In this document: one piece after another, positions 1-16,654 of the stretch
How the letters are laid out: every line of letters starts with the position of its first letter
How positions within the stretch are numbered: the stretch's first letter is position 1
From: Eledone cirrhosa
Lineage: Eukaryota
Reading direction: 5' to 3'
NCBI GenBank assembly: GCA_964016885.1
Contig: OZ024743.1
Location: 112,592,001 to 112,656,000 of the forward strand
Length of the DNA: 64,000 nucleotides
Notes under the pieces: generated by a model
Databases searched by the model: none
Told to the model about the DNA's origin: nothing
What the model saw: the letters and a program-made list of their open reading frames with translations, nothing else
Position numbers and translations under genes: made by a program

Positions 1-897
1 TATAAAGACATAGAAAAGGAAAATGTAGAGGTTGAGAAGGAGAGCAAGTGGAAGAGATATAATGTGTAATAGAAGGAAAGTGAAAGAGAAAGAGTGGAAG
101 ATATAAAGACATAGAAAAGGAAAATGTAGAGGTTGAGAAGGAGAGCAAATGGAAGAGATACAATGTGTAATAGAAGGAAAGTGAAAGAGAAAGAGTGGAA
201 GATATAAAGACATAGAAAAGGAAAATGTAGAGGTTGAGAAGGAGAGCAAATGGAAGAGATACAATGTGTAATAGAAGGAAAGTGAAAGAGAAAGAGTGGA
301 AGATATAAAGACATAGAAAAGGAAAATGTAGAGGTTGAGAAGGAGAGCAAGTGGAAGAGATATAATGTGTAATAGAAGGAAAGTGAAAGAGAAAGAGTGG
401 AAGATATAAAGACATAGAAAAGGAAAATGTAGAGGTTGAGAAGGAGAGCAAATGGAAGAGATACAATGTGTAATAGAAGGAAAGTGAAAGAGAAAGAGTG
501 GAAGATATAAAGACATAGAAAAGGAAAATGTAGAGGTTGAGAAGGAGAGCAAATGGAAGAGATACAATGTGTAATAGAAGGAAAATGAAAGAGAAAGAGT
601 GGAAGATATAAAGACATAGAAAAGGAAAATGTAGAGGTTGAGAAGGAGAGCAAGTGGAAGAGATACAATGTGTAATAGAAGGAAAGTGAAAGAGAAAGAG
701 TGGAAGATATAAAGACATAGAAAAGGAAAATGTAGCGGTTGAGAAGGAGAGCTAGTGGAAGAGATACTATGTGTAATAGAAGGAAATGAAAGAGAAAGAG
801 TGGAAGATATAAAGACATCGAAAAGGAAAATGTAGAGGTTGAGAAGGAGAGCAACTGGAAGAGATACTATGTGTAATAGAAGGAAAGTGAAAGGAAG
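1..897. repeat. Tandem minisatellite, 101-bp purine-rich unit, about 9 copies (cut by window start)
   Basis: TATAAAGACA recurs at 1, 102, 203, 304, 405, 506, 607, 708, 808; copies differ by few substitutions. Confidence 0.95.
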
Positions 898-1249
898 AGG
901 TAAAGATTCAGAGTTTATCAGAGAAATATGCAGAGTAAGGTGAAGTGAGGTGAAAATGAATGAGGAATAGGAAATGAAAGAAAGAGTAAAGTTAAGATAA
1001 AAGCTGAAAAAGAAGAAGAAAGGTAATGATTGACAGAGAGAGGAAGAGAGATAAAGAGATATACGGGGGAGAGAGAAAGCGTACAAAGAAGCAAGATTAA
1101 AATTTCAAAAAATCTAATCCACAATTTGAACATTTCTATAATTAACTCGACGAGTTTCGACCTAAGGCCAAATTGTTCGATGACATGATAGGGAGTTTCT
1201 TTTCAGAGAAAACTTTTACATAAGTGTCTGTTTGCGCGTGCATAGCCAG

Positions 1250-4535
<3,286 letters not shown>

Positions 4536-4536
<1 letters not shown>

Positions 4537-5412
4537 TTCTTTATTTGCCACAAGGGCGAACAGGAAAAGGGGACAATACAAAGACACATGCCAGGGATTT
4601 TACATACAGTCGTGTAAAAAAAAAAAGCAAAAAAAAAAATAATTATAACAATCGAAATCCCCAATAGGGGGTAGACGCCACAAATGGGTTGTTTAATACC
4701 GCGTCGAGAGAACAACCCTCAACTTCAGGAGCGTGTTGTGCAAGTGCTCCCTTCTTCCTTTTGCTCTCTTCTTTAACCTACAGGCTTATAAACAGAGAGG
4801 CCCAATCACTCGGACCATTGTCGCTTCATTCACCCACCTTTCAGTAAATTTACTGGGGTGCAGTGCCTCTCTCTCCACTCTGATTCTTCTCCTAAAATGA
4901 TACTTAAAGAAGGGAATCAATTGTTGTCCAGAGAGAAAGGCATCTGTCCTTAGTCCTCTCAATCTCGTCCACCATATAACCTCTTTCATCATAGCCACTG
5001 TACAGAGGAAAACCGCCTCTCTTTCGTTTTGAAAGAGGCTGCCGGTTTGATCCTTACTATGGACTCGGCAGTCAACTGGATTTGTCCCATCCGCGACAGC
5101 AGTTGTTCTGCATAGTTTCACAGGTCGCTTACGCTCGGGCGTAAAAAGACGATTTCAATGACCTGCTCGCATCTTGGACACGTCCTCTTGGAAGGATCCC
5201 TTACCGGGCGTCCGTGCCTGTTGATCTTATCTCGAACGGGTAGAGCTCATCGGTAGCACTGCCAGGCCAGGGACCTCTGGAAATTGTCCATAGGTCCCGG
5301 GCGGAAAGTCCTACCAAACAGACTGGTGAGCTCGTCGTCTTCGACGCCTAGAGTTTGCCCGAGCACGTCGTCGCACTTGTAAAGTACTAACCCTCTATAG
5401 AATGTCGAAGTG
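4536..5412 (-). mobile_element. 5'-truncated 3' fragment of a Tx1/L1-clade LINE (C-terminal part of ORF2 plus 3' UTR)
   Basis: ORF 4786-5121 (EAVFLCTVAMMKEVIWWTRLRGL...IPFFKYHFRRRIRVERE) is paralogous to 5674-6165; same 3' end CAAATAAAGAAA followed by (TCTA)n. Confidence 0.85.
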
Positions 5413-5673
5413 GATAGATAGATAGATATCTTTCTTTATTTGCTACAGGGGCGTACAATAATCGGACATTACAAGACGTGACGGCGGGGGTTTTACATAA
5501 AAATAACTTTAATAAATAACAATGAACTATATATAATAAAATAACAATTGAAATCCCCAGTAGGGGGGAACGCTACTGCAGGGTTGTTTTACACCCCGTG
5601 GATAGAACAACCCTCAACACCAGGAACACGTTTTGTAGGTGTTCCTGTCTTCCCTCTGTTTATCTTCCTCAAC

Positions 5674-8600
5674 CTACAGGTTTATATACAGAGAAGGCCC
5701 ATTCACTCGGGCTATTTTTGCCACATTCACCCACCTTTCAGCGAATTTACTGGGGTGTAGCACCTCTCTCTCCACTCTCACCTTCCTTCTGAAGTGATAC
5801 TTAAAGAAGGGGATAAGTTGTCCGGAGAGAAAGGTGTTTGCCCTCAGTCCTTTTAACCTCGTCCACCATATTAACTCTTTCGCCATAGCCACCAGACAGA
5901 GGAAAACCGCCTCTCCTTCGTTCTTAAATGAAGGCGGCGTGGTGATCCTCACCATGGACTCGGCTGACAACTGGATGCGTCCCACACGTGAAAGCAGCTG
6001 TTCGACATAATTCCACAGGTTGGTCACCCCTGGGCACTGAACAATTGCGTGCAGAACGGTTTCGATGTCCTGCTCGCATCTTGGACAGGTCCTTTGGCAG
6101 GATCTCTGCCAGGGCGTCCGTGCCTGGAGATCTTGTCTCGAACTGGTAGAGCTCCTCGGTAGCACTGCCAGGTCAGATACCTCTGGAAGTTATCCATAGG
6201 CCCTGGACGGAAAGTCCTCCCGAACAGACTGGTCAGTTCGTCCTCCTCCATGCCTAGAACTTCCCCGAGAACGTCGTCGCACTTATCCTCAACTAATCCC
6301 CTAGAGGATGTCGAAGTGGAGTCTCCGCTGTTTGCTGTTTCCGCTTGGTAGAGGGCTGTGAGCGCCTGTAGGCACTCGTGGTGCCAGGCACCTATTTTCT
6401 GCCTTCGCTTGACCCAGGACTGCAGCTCTGTTAGTGAGACGAGTTGTGGAAGAGCTTTTCTCACAAACGACAGCCACACCGGTTCACCGGTGAGGAATAC
6501 CTGGAGATGGCGTAGCCTCAGCGCATGTTTGCACATCATCAGCCACGGCATGCCCACCCCTCCGTTAGAAGGGTGTTGACAGCAGAAGGATCTCTTCACC
6601 AATGGAGCTTGTTTCTTCCAGAGGAACTTGAAGAGTAGGCGTTCTATTTTGGTAAGGTATTCGCGGGGGCTAGGCACAACGCTCAAGCGGTAATAGATGA
6701 CGGACGCTATGTAAATGTTCGCCACCTCCGCTCGACCTTTCAGGGAGAGTTTGCACTCAGCCCACTTCTGGGTGAGTGCAAACACTTTCGCCGTGACCTC
6801 GTTCCAGTTCTTGTCCACCTGGAGGTCTGGACCGAACTAGACCCCGAGGAATTTAACCGGTCCTTCCGCCCAGCGTCCAACGACACTGTCGGAAGTCATG
6901 GGTTTGCCTATCCATGTGCCCAGTTGCAAACCGACAGACTTGTTTGAGTTTAGTCTTGCTCCTGTCAACGTTTCGTATTCCTGTAATAGGTTGCCGATTA
7001 CCCTGATTTCCGAGGTTTTCGACACCATTACGTTTATGTCGTCGGCATAGGCTGACACCTGCTTTCCGCAGTCCTGGGTCGATCGGGATGCCCAGCAACA
7101 GCTCCAATTTCCGCAGTAATGGCTCGAGAGTCAGTACATACAGAATGGAGGAGAGAGGCATCCCTGACGGATGGAACGCATGATTAGGAATGGCTCTGAT
7201 AGGTAGCCATTCACCTTAACTGCCGAGCAGATGCTGGTGTGCATGGCAGCGATCCAACCTCTGAAGACGGGACCGAAGCCGGCCACCTTGAGAACTGCTT
7301 CCAAGTATTCAAATGCCTTAGACTGATCTAAATTGATCAGAGCCCCACCAAAGCCAGGTTTACACGCTACCCTCTCTATGATGTATCGCATGAGGTGGAG
7401 GTTGTCGTGTATGGACCTGGTCGTGATTGCACACGTTTGGGCTTCCCCTACCAGGTTCTCGACGCTAACAGGTTCTTGCTGCTAACACCTTGGCCAAAAT
7501 CTATAACTCTCTGTTTAGCAGAGTTATGGGCCTGAACTTGCTTATCTCACTCCCCTTGTTCTCATCTTTCCTGATCAGCGTTACTACGCCTCTGCCTACA
7601 GAATTGGGAATCCTCCCGTTCTGCTGCCAGTTGCAGTAGACCGCTTCGAGGACGCCAGAGAACAAGTCTGGCATGCCTATGTAAAACTCATAGGGTAGAC
7701 CATCTAAACCGGGTGATTTGCGTTTCCCACAGCGGCCTAGGGCATCTTCTATTTCGCCCGCTGTGATCGGCCTTTCGCAGCTCTCCGCATCCGTGCTCGA
7801 GAGTCGCGGTACGCCGTCGAGGTAGGAGCTGAAGTCCATCACCTCGATCGATGTACCGCTTTGCCCGAACAGCTGTGCAAAATGCACTGGAAGGCCACGC
7901 ATATCTGCTTGGATTCAAGTAGAATGCGTCCATCTTTGTCTTGCAAAGACCGAATTGTGGATTTGTTGCAACTTTTCGCCTTTGCCACTCGAGCCCAGCT
8001 AACAGCTTTGGCTCCCTCGTTTCTTAGAGCACGTGTTCTACTTCTGACAATACAACCTTCGTGTTTCACGTTGAAGAACTGATCTAGTGCCGTTCTCGCC
8101 GCTAGCACGTCAGCTGCACTGCCATTCCTAAGTGCCTCTTCTATTTTAGCTACCAGTTCATTTTCAGCTTTTATTTTTTCTAAAGCTACTTCCTTACTAA
8201 ATGCTATCGATTCTATTCTAATTGCTCTCTTGAGAGAGCTCCACCACCTGTTGTTGACGATCACCCCGCGAACTGGCACTTAATTAAGATGCTAATCCGT
8301 TTACTGTAGGCCTTACGCGCCGGGAGCGACATGTTTAGCTTCCAGTATCCGGGTCCCTGTCTATGTGTTCTATCAAGGTTGACTACGCAGGTGACTAATT
8401 TGTGGTCTGAATAGGCAACCATGTGCATTTGTGGACAGCTTAATGTTTCCTTATCATTCTGTCTAATTAAAAATATATCTAAATACGATCTAGAAGACTT
8501 AGTGCGGTTGCTCCAAGTCAACAGTGGAGCACTTGGAAAGTCTAGTCGATATCTATCAGCCAGTTGGAATTGGCTGATGAGATTGTTTAGGCTATTACAC

Positions 8601-9069
8601 CCCCCTCTATTATCACAAGCTCCTACATAGTCCCAACGTGCGTCTAAGATACTATTCCAGTCCCCCGCTAACACTAAGGAGCGAGACGTTCCAGACGCTT
8701 GAAGAACTCTGGTCGCGATGTTCCAGTCGGGGCATATACGGCCACCAGTCTGAAAGCTCCACCTTCACTACCATTCACGTCCAGGACCACCAGGCTGCCC
8801 TCCGGGTCCAAGTGAATCGTCTCTATTTTGAGATCCAAGTTTTTTCGAAACAGAACAGCAACTCCCCCTCCACCTCCTGTCTGACAGAGAGATGCGTAGA
8901 TCTCAAAATCATCGAACATGGGGGTTAGCTGCTGCTTGTCGTGAATTCTGGACTCGGTGATGGCTATCACATCTATACAATGTGACCTGAGATCATTTAA
9001 AAGCTGGCCCTGTTTCCAGGACATGCCCAGGCCACGTACATTCAAACACCCAGCTTGTATAGTCGCCAT
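5674..9069 (-). pseudogene. LINE ORF2 (APE endonuclease, reverse transcriptase, zf-RVT-like region), several frameshifts
   Basis: GCLNVRGL, IAITES, LAGDWN, SDHKLV (APE); KSPGLDGLPYEFY, FRPITLLN, LDQSKAF, IRQGC, SAYADD (RT); CPRC...LHAIVQC; spread over 7 or more frame segments. Confidence 0.9.
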
Positions 9070-9561
9070 GTTGGTGAAGAAGAGTTAAGGAGAGAAAAGG
9101 CAGGAACACTTACCTTTTCGTTTCCTGGAGGTCGGGTTGTTCGATCTCCATGTCCAGATTGGTGGTGTTTGGGAGGGAGGGAATCCTCTTAGCAGGACAC
9201 GGTTAAGGGGCTTTTGGCAAGGGGGGCCCACATCATGTGGGAAGTTCTCTTTTAAAGTTTCATACTGTAGGGTTGTTACCCTGTTAAGTTTGAGGTTTGG
9301 GGTGGGTCGTTGGTGGGGAAGGTTTCCCTTCCGTTTGTATTGTGGGGTCCTTTCGGACAGTTTCCACCAGTTCTTTGTTTCTTGTTTTTATGTATATGTA
9401 GTGTGTTTTGTTTTTTATGTGTACTGTTTCTGTTTGTAGTTTTCTTTTTGTGGTTGGGGTTTGTGATTGTGGTGGTGTGGGTGTTTATTTTGTTGGTGAA
9501 GTGTTTGGTTGTGTTGATGGTGATTGTGTTGTTGGTGTGTTTGTCGTTTGTGGCGGTGTGT

Positions 9562-10407
9562 TTATGGTTGGTGTATTTTATGTAGATGTTTTTGTGTCTT
9601 TTTGTGTCTTTTTTGTTTTTTGGATTTTGGGGTTTCCTCTTCATTCTCACTTGGAAATGTAGAGGTTCCCGTATATGACACTTCTGAATCAGGGGTAGAT
9701 GGGAGGGGTATGTTGTGTGGTCGAGTGTTTGGGCAGGTGTTTGTGGAAGTATTTGACAGGGGGAGGGAGAGGCAATGGAGGGTTTTCAGTGGTATTTTGT
9801 TTGTGTGGTTGTCTCTGGTCTGTGGTGGTGTGGGAGTAGATATTGCAGGTGTTTGTGTTGTGTTTGGTTTGGAGTGTTGATGTTGGGGTTTTGGTGTTGG
9901 TAATAACACCTTGTTTGTGCTCGGTTTGTTTAAGAGAGGGCAAAAGGCCTTTAAGTGTGTGGTTTTCCCACACTTATGGCACTGAGGTCTTTTCCCCTCC
10001 ACTAAAATGGAGATGAGATCTTCCTCAAGGACGATCCTGTCCGGTATTTTCTCAACTCTCTCTGGCCTCATTTGTACCAGAACCTCGATGCAGGTCCCAA
10101 ACCAGCTATGCCGGTCTGTCATGTCTACAAATAGGAGGATGTCCCCATCTTTCTTCAGGATGCAGCTTAGGATCCACCATAGGTTACCTTCTGCTGGGAT
10201 CCTGGTTATTTTTATTTTGTAGGATCTTCTTCCCATGTATGTGGGGAAGAAGTTGTGTTGATCCGTTTTTATTGGGTGAACCGAGTGTTTTTGTGCCAGA
10301 GTCTCGCTCTTAAAGAGCACTGACACACTTCCATACTGTTTACCTCTTTGGAGGTATGCCACGGCTGGCTTCGTGTCTTTTAGTGCAGCTTCGATAGTGC
10401 ATGTTGG
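9562..10407 (-). pseudogene. LINE ORF1 (gag-like, zinc knuckle), 5'-truncated
   Basis: CHKCGKTTHLKAFC = CX2CX4HX4C; the frame stays open upstream of the GTG at 10362 up to the GATA tract. Confidence 0.8.
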
Positions 10408-10549
<142 letters not shown>

Positions 10550-10746
10550 CTGTTGTTTCCACATTGGAGTTAAGTTAAAATTGGGTTGGGGAAATTTACA
10601 CAATTCTTTTAAACCGCGCAGAATAGCATAATTTATTGACTGAGTCAGCGTCAATAACTGGTCGGAGTTTCTAAGCTGGAGACGAGGTTATGACACAAGA
10701 AAACTTTGTGTATTTACCCACACGTACATAGATCCTTTAGAAAATG

Positions 10747-10829
<83 letters not shown>

Positions 10830-10973
10830 GTATGCATGTGTATATATAGATGATTTCTCCCGAATCAAACAGTTCTAGTCCTGTAGAAGCAATGTCTATA
10901 TTAAATATTTATACTCTGCTATGTATTGAGTACCTTACTTACTGTTATTACCCCCGATTGAACCCGTGATAAA

Positions 10974-11067
<94 letters not shown>

Positions 11068-11466
11068 TTGGTGCTCTGAAATAGCTATATATATATGAAT
11101 GTATATATAGTGTATTTTGCAATACAATGTATGCTTAATTAAAAGCATTTCGAAGACCTTATGCTATTGTTTTAGAGTAGTGACAGACACACTTACCTTA
11201 ATTTTCAGCAAACAGAGGGAGATAAAGCTGACAAGGCCTTGTTTCGTATTTATTGATGCTTATCAAAGCCAACTACTCCTCCTGTCCGCTGAAATCATGG
11301 ATGTTTGGTTCTTATAGAATTGTAGTAAATAATCAGGAACTGATTATACAGAGCGTTTTGCTGAAAATTAAAGTAAGTGAGTCTGTCACTACTCTAAAAC
11401 AATAGCATAAGGTCTTCGAAATGCTTTTAATTAAGCATTTCGAAGACCTTATGCTATTGTTTTTAA

Positions 11467-11569
<103 letters not shown>

Positions 11570-11791
11570 ATACGTACATACATATATATATACAGACGTA
11601 CAGTAGCATGTATATATATATATATATATATACATATACATACAGGCATACATATATATATGTACGTATCAGTTTAGCGAACATTTATTATAATGTTCGC
11701 TTTGTCCGTTTGTAAACAAACGGACAGCCTGATTTATGCCGTACGGTGTTAAGGCAACCACGTCACCTTTTTGTTCAACACTAACACAGGA

Positions 11792-11834
11792 ACGATGTAC
11801 TAGTTTCAAGCTTGTTAGCTATCGTCAGCACCGT
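11792..11834 (-). ncRNA. Minimal type-I hammerhead ribozyme, family A (further copy at 12277-12319, -)
   Basis: Reverse complement of the 12368-12410 motif. Confidence 0.85.
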
Positions 11835-12073
11835 ATACCCTTCTGCCAGATGGTTGAACGTTCGAAAGTATATACTTTCCTTATGAAAATTAAGGGCTGA
11901 GCAGCATAATTTGTATATCGAGTGAGTTCAGTCGGCCAGGTGCACCGAAAACGATAAAATGGAATAGAATGAAATGAAATTTCATTTCTCACTCTTAGTA
12001 CGGCACTTGCTTAAATGTAAGTATGTATGTATACGTACATACATATGTATACAGACGTACAGTAGCATGTATG

Positions 12074-12121
<48 letters not shown>

Positions 12122-12367
12122 CATACAGGCACACATATATATATATGTACGTATCAGTTTAGCGAACATTTATTATAATGTTCGCTTTGTCCGTTTGTAA
12201 ACAAACGGACAGCCTGGTTTATGCTGTACGGTGTTAAGGCAGCCACGTCACCTTTTTGTTCAACACTGACACAGGAACGATGTACTAGTTTCAAGCTTGT
12301 TAGCTATCGTCAGCACCGTATACCCTTTATATACTTTCAAACGTCCAACCATCTGGCAGAAGGGTAT

Positions 12368-12410
12368 ACGGTGCTGACGATAGCTAACAAGCTTGAAACT
12401 AGTACATCGT
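12368..12410 (+). ncRNA. Minimal type-I hammerhead ribozyme, family A
   Basis: acggtg-CTGACGA-t agct aaca agct t-GAAA-ctag-TA-catcgt: 6-bp stem I, 4-bp stem II, palindromic stem III ACTAGT, GUA site. Confidence 0.85.
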
Positions 12411-12559
12411 TCCTGTGTTAGTGTTGAACAAAAAGGTGACGTGGTTGCCTTAACACCGTACGGCATAAATCAGGCTGTCCGTTTGTTTACAAACGGACAA
12501 AGCGAACATTATAATAAATGTTCGCTAAACTGATACGTACATATATATATGTGTGCCTG

Positions 12560-12618
<59 letters not shown>

Positions 12619-12725
12619 GCTACTGTACGTCTGTATACATATATGTATGTACGTATACATACATACTTACATTTAAGTAAGTGCCGTACTAAGAATGAGA
12701 AATGAAATTTCATTTCATTCTATTC

Positions 12726-12811
<86 letters not shown>

Positions 12812-12864
12812 ATATATATATATATATATATATGCATATATATTGAATGGTTACGAGGACTAAT

Positions 12865-13145
12865 GTTCAATGGAACTGCCTGCTCGTGGAGTTAACGTGA
12901 AAGTGGCTGAGTATTCAACAGGTACGCGTACCTTTAACGTAGTTCTCTTGGAGATTCAGTGAGACACTGAACGTGTCTAGGCTAGCCCTTCGAATTCCTG
13001 ATACAACTCATTTTTGCCAGCTGAGTGGACTGGAGCAACGTTAAAGAAAGTATCTTGCTCTAGGACACAACGCCCCACCGAACATCGAACTCCCTATCTT
13101 ACGGTTGTAATCCGAATACCTTAACCCCAAAGCTATGCAGCTTCA
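12865..13145 (-). mobile_element. tRNA-derived SINE with CORE-like central part, degenerate
   Basis: Reverse strand has a B-box-like GAGTTCGATG then AGAGCAAGATACTT...TTGCTCCAGTCCACTCAGCTG, shared with 38619-38885. Confidence 0.65.
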
Positions 13146-13256
13146 CATATATGGGAAGATGGGAAGATGGGAAAAAACTTACTCCAATACTTAATTTTTA
13201 ATTTTTAATTTTTAGTTTTTAATTCCTATTAATTCTTTTTAATTGTAATACTCAAC

Positions 13257-13293
13257 ATTTGATAAGATGTAATAATACATCGAAACTGGTAAT
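13257..13293 (+). ncRNA. Hammerhead-like motif with U3-A8 core, weak stem I
   Basis: at-TTGATAA-gatgta ataa tacatc-GAAA-ctgg-TA-at; perfect 6-bp stem II, only 2 bp of stem I. Confidence 0.5.
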
Positions 13294-13478
13294 ACTTTAT
13301 ATACTTTATATACATTATAAAACTATTCTTTTTTACAGAATTGTCCCTCTCATTTTTTCAATAATGTCATCTTTTCAATAATGTCAATTTCACGAATCAA
13401 AGAAAGGAAAAAAAAGAAAAACAGACCCTAAAATATATTTTCCGTGCTACTTCCAATTTCACCTTTTCTCTCTCTATT

Positions 13479-13515
<37 letters not shown>

Positions 13516-13516
<1 letters not shown>

Positions 13517-13783
13517 ACAAAGGAATTGTGGTAAGGAACCAGATGGACCACAACGCACCAGAGTACTCAATACTTAGGGTAGTAGAGTGGGAAATAGGAA
13601 AAAGTATGACCCCGACGGCAGAGCTCAAGCCGTTTCGACGGCTATTTCTGGACTAAATTAGAATTTTTAGCACGGGGACCCCCTTGAAAAGTTCGGCTAT
13701 TTACTCACCAGGCTAAAAATTCTAATTTAGTCCAGATATAGCCGTAAAACGGCTTGATCTCTGCCGTCGGGGTCATACTTTTT

Positions 13784-13787
<4 letters not shown>
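13516..13787. mobile_element. HHR element family B fold-back between (TA)n tracts
   Basis: 13597-13670 is inverted at 13713-13787; + arm has gacccc c-TTGAAAA-...-gccgTC-ggggtc with the GAAA box mutated. Confidence 0.75.
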
Positions 13788-13859
<72 letters not shown>

Positions 13860-13890
13860 TACATACATACATTCCTACATACATATATAG

Positions 13891-13921
<31 letters not shown>

Positions 13922-14542
13922 TATATATATATATATATATACACATATATATATAATTTGTGTGTGTGTAGGTATATCAAGTACGTATATGAAGTATATA
14001 TATAGTATAAGAGAAAATAGAAGCTAATTAATGTTTACGTAAATTGGATGTGCGTAACAAAATGTGAAGAGACAACTTTCTAGATAGTTGTGCTCTACGT
14101 AGTCGATGGAATTGTGTAACATAAATATTTGATGACGTGAGATGTGTTACCGAGTATGGTACGTAGGTTGCAAGCAGTATACCGCGGGGTAATATTATAT
14201 AAACAGAGTATCAGGAAAAAACAGGCAACATTTGTTGAAGTTCGAAAAAACATTTATTATGACGTATATACATAATTTACTATAGTAAATTATACGACCT
14301 CATCCAATTGACTTCAGTTTCCTCCAAATCTCTTTAATGATGTACAGAATTTAACTCTGTGGTGCGATATAGTGGATTACGTAATAATCCAGCTTACGTA
14401 GGCGATTACTGACTGTATTGAAACACGTGTTACAGACTAAATTGTATCATAAATGTTTCTTCGGACATCACATGTTGCCTTGTTTTTCCCGATATCCTGT
14501 TTATATTATATATGTGTATGTGTGTATGTGTGAGTAGGTAAT

Positions 14543-14722
14543 ATTCTTCTTCTTCTTCTTCTTCTTCTTCTTCTTCTTCTTCTTCTTCTTCTTCTTCTTC
14601 TTCTTCCATTTTTCTTCTTCCCTTTCTCGTTCTTCTTCTTCTCCTTCTTCCTTTTTCTTCTTTTTTCTTCTTCTGTTTCTTCTTCGACTTCTTAAACTTC
14701 TGCTTTTTTCTTCTTCTTCTTT
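14543..14722. repeat. (CTT)n microsatellite and derivative
   Basis: Directly visible. Confidence 0.9.
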
Positions 14723-14724
14723 GT

Positions 14725-15040
14725 ATTCTGAGTTCAAATCCCGCCGAGGTTGACTTTGCCTTTCATCCTTACGGGGTCGATAAAATAAAGTACCAGTAAT
14801 GTACTGGGTAATTGCTGGCCTTGTGCCTAAAGTAGAAACAATTATTATTATTAGATGAATTGGCAGTATCGGTAGAGGGTCGGACGTCATGCTTTGACGC
14901 ATAGAGTTATGGCCCTTTCCATTCTGAGTTCAAATCCCGCCGAGGATAACTTTGCCTTTCATCCTTACGGGGTCGATAAAATAAAGTACCAGTAATGTAC
15001 TAGTTAATTTGCTGACCTTGTGCCAAATGTAGAAACAATT
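14725..15040 (+). mobile_element. Two tandem tRNA-derived SINE copies with MetaSINE-like domain
   Basis: A-box-like TGGCAGTATCGGTAGA, B-box GAGTTCAAATCCC, then GCCTTTCATCCTTACGGGGTCGATAAAATAAAGTACC; family name from recall. Confidence 0.8.
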
Positions 15041-15294
15041 ATGAGTATTACTATTATATATTTATTTCTACTCATTCTTTTCTTTCTTCGCCATCAACAC
15101 CATCATCCTTTACTTCTATCATTCTTCGTCTCCTCCACCTTCATGCAGTAGTTGCTATCTTTTCTGTGTTTAATTTAAGGATTTCATCAAATGTATTAGC
15201 ATGCGGTCATGGAGTAATTATGGTTTTGCATAACGCAAGAAATTTCAGCAGATTAATGCAGCTACAACAACATAAGCACAGCAAGGTGAACAAC

Positions 15295-16197
15295 AGCCAC
15301 TACAACAACAACTACTACTACTATACAACTACAACAACAACAACTACTATACAACTACTACTACTATACAACTATAACAACAACTACTACTACAACTACT
15401 ACTACAACTACAACAACAATAACAAGAACAGCTACAAAAACAGAGTAACAAACCGTACAACAAATAACACAGCACCACCAGCAGCAACAACTATAACAAC
15501 AACAGCTACAACAACAAATAAATCACCAACAATAACAACAACAAATAACACAACAACAACTACTACTACAACTACTACTACAACTACAACAATAACAACA
15601 GCAACAACAAACAGAATAACAAACTGTACAACAACAACAGCAAAAACAAACAGAACAACAAACTGTACAACAACAGCAAAAACAAACAGAACAACAAACT
15701 GTACAACAACAACAACTACAACAACTACAACAGCTACAACAAACAAAACAACAAACTATAACACTACAACAATAACAAGCAATGTATACAGTCACGTGAT
15801 TGAGTATACCATTTTGCTGGTCATGTTACTACTGCTGCTACTGCTGCTGCTGCTCAGCTTTTCTTGTTTTTGTTCATGTTCTTGTATTTGTTGTCGCGTG
15901 TTTACTCCCCCCCTCCCCACTCTATTTCTCTTCTAATTTAATCCAGTTTTTCTTCTTTGATGTTATATTTGATGATGTTGTTGTTTTCGTATACTTTTTT
16001 ATTGTTTTTACTCTTCCCTTTTTGTTTTTGTTTTTGTTTTTTTTCTTATTCTCGTTTCGTTTCTGTTCCACTTCGTTTTTTTCTTTTTCTGACAACTTTT
16101 CTCCTTTCTTTCTACTACTACTAATACTAATACTACTACTACTACTACTACTGATGCTGCTACTACTACTACTACTGCTGCTGTTGCTGCTACAACA

Positions 16198-16246
<49 letters not shown>

Positions 16247-16291
16247 TTACTACTACTACTACTACTACTACTTCTACTACTACTACTACTT

Positions 16292-16352
<61 letters not shown>

Positions 16353-16410
16353 TGCTACTACTACTGCTGCTGCTGCTACTACTACTACTAATACTACTAC
16401 TACTACTGTC
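15295..16410. repeat. Trinucleotide low-complexity region, (ACA)n, (CTA)n, (CTG)n
   Basis: Directly visible; explains the poly-T, poly-L and poly-V ORFs. Confidence 0.9.
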
Positions 16411-16532
16411 ATGTTTGTTTCTTAATATTTCTTCCTCTTTAATGATATAGTTGTTTGAAAGGATGACGGTGCTTAGTTAAAAAAGTAAATACATATGAAG
16501 GAAGATTATGTGTGTAGACGTGTATGTAGATG

Positions 16533-16609
<77 letters not shown>

Positions 16610-16654
16610 TTTTATATATATATATATATATAAATATCTACATATATATATATA

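Larger units (their letters stand above)
5431..10407 (-). mobile_element. Tx1/L1-clade non-LTR retrotransposon, decayed, 5'-truncated within ORF1, flanked by (GATA)n
   Basis: ORF1 with CCHC knuckle followed by ORF2 with APE, RT and C-terminal Cys/His region; GATA tracts at 5413-5428 and 10408-10549. Confidence 0.9.

Noticed and set aside
9137-9973. Hydrophobic or His/Thr-rich ORFs overlapping the LINE inter-ORF region
   Set aside because: Alternative frames of the AC-rich end of ORF1 and the spacer of the Tx1-like element
13444-13656. Recurring peptide [30 protein letters not shown] (also near 26755-27249, 42574 and 63694)
   Set aside because: Antisense reading of the family B repeat; recurrence reflects DNA copy number, and the DNA is better explained by RNA stems
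15166-16450. Thr-rich mucin-like and poly-Leu ORFs
   Set aside because: Trinucleotide repeats with no signal peptide, domain or splice evidence
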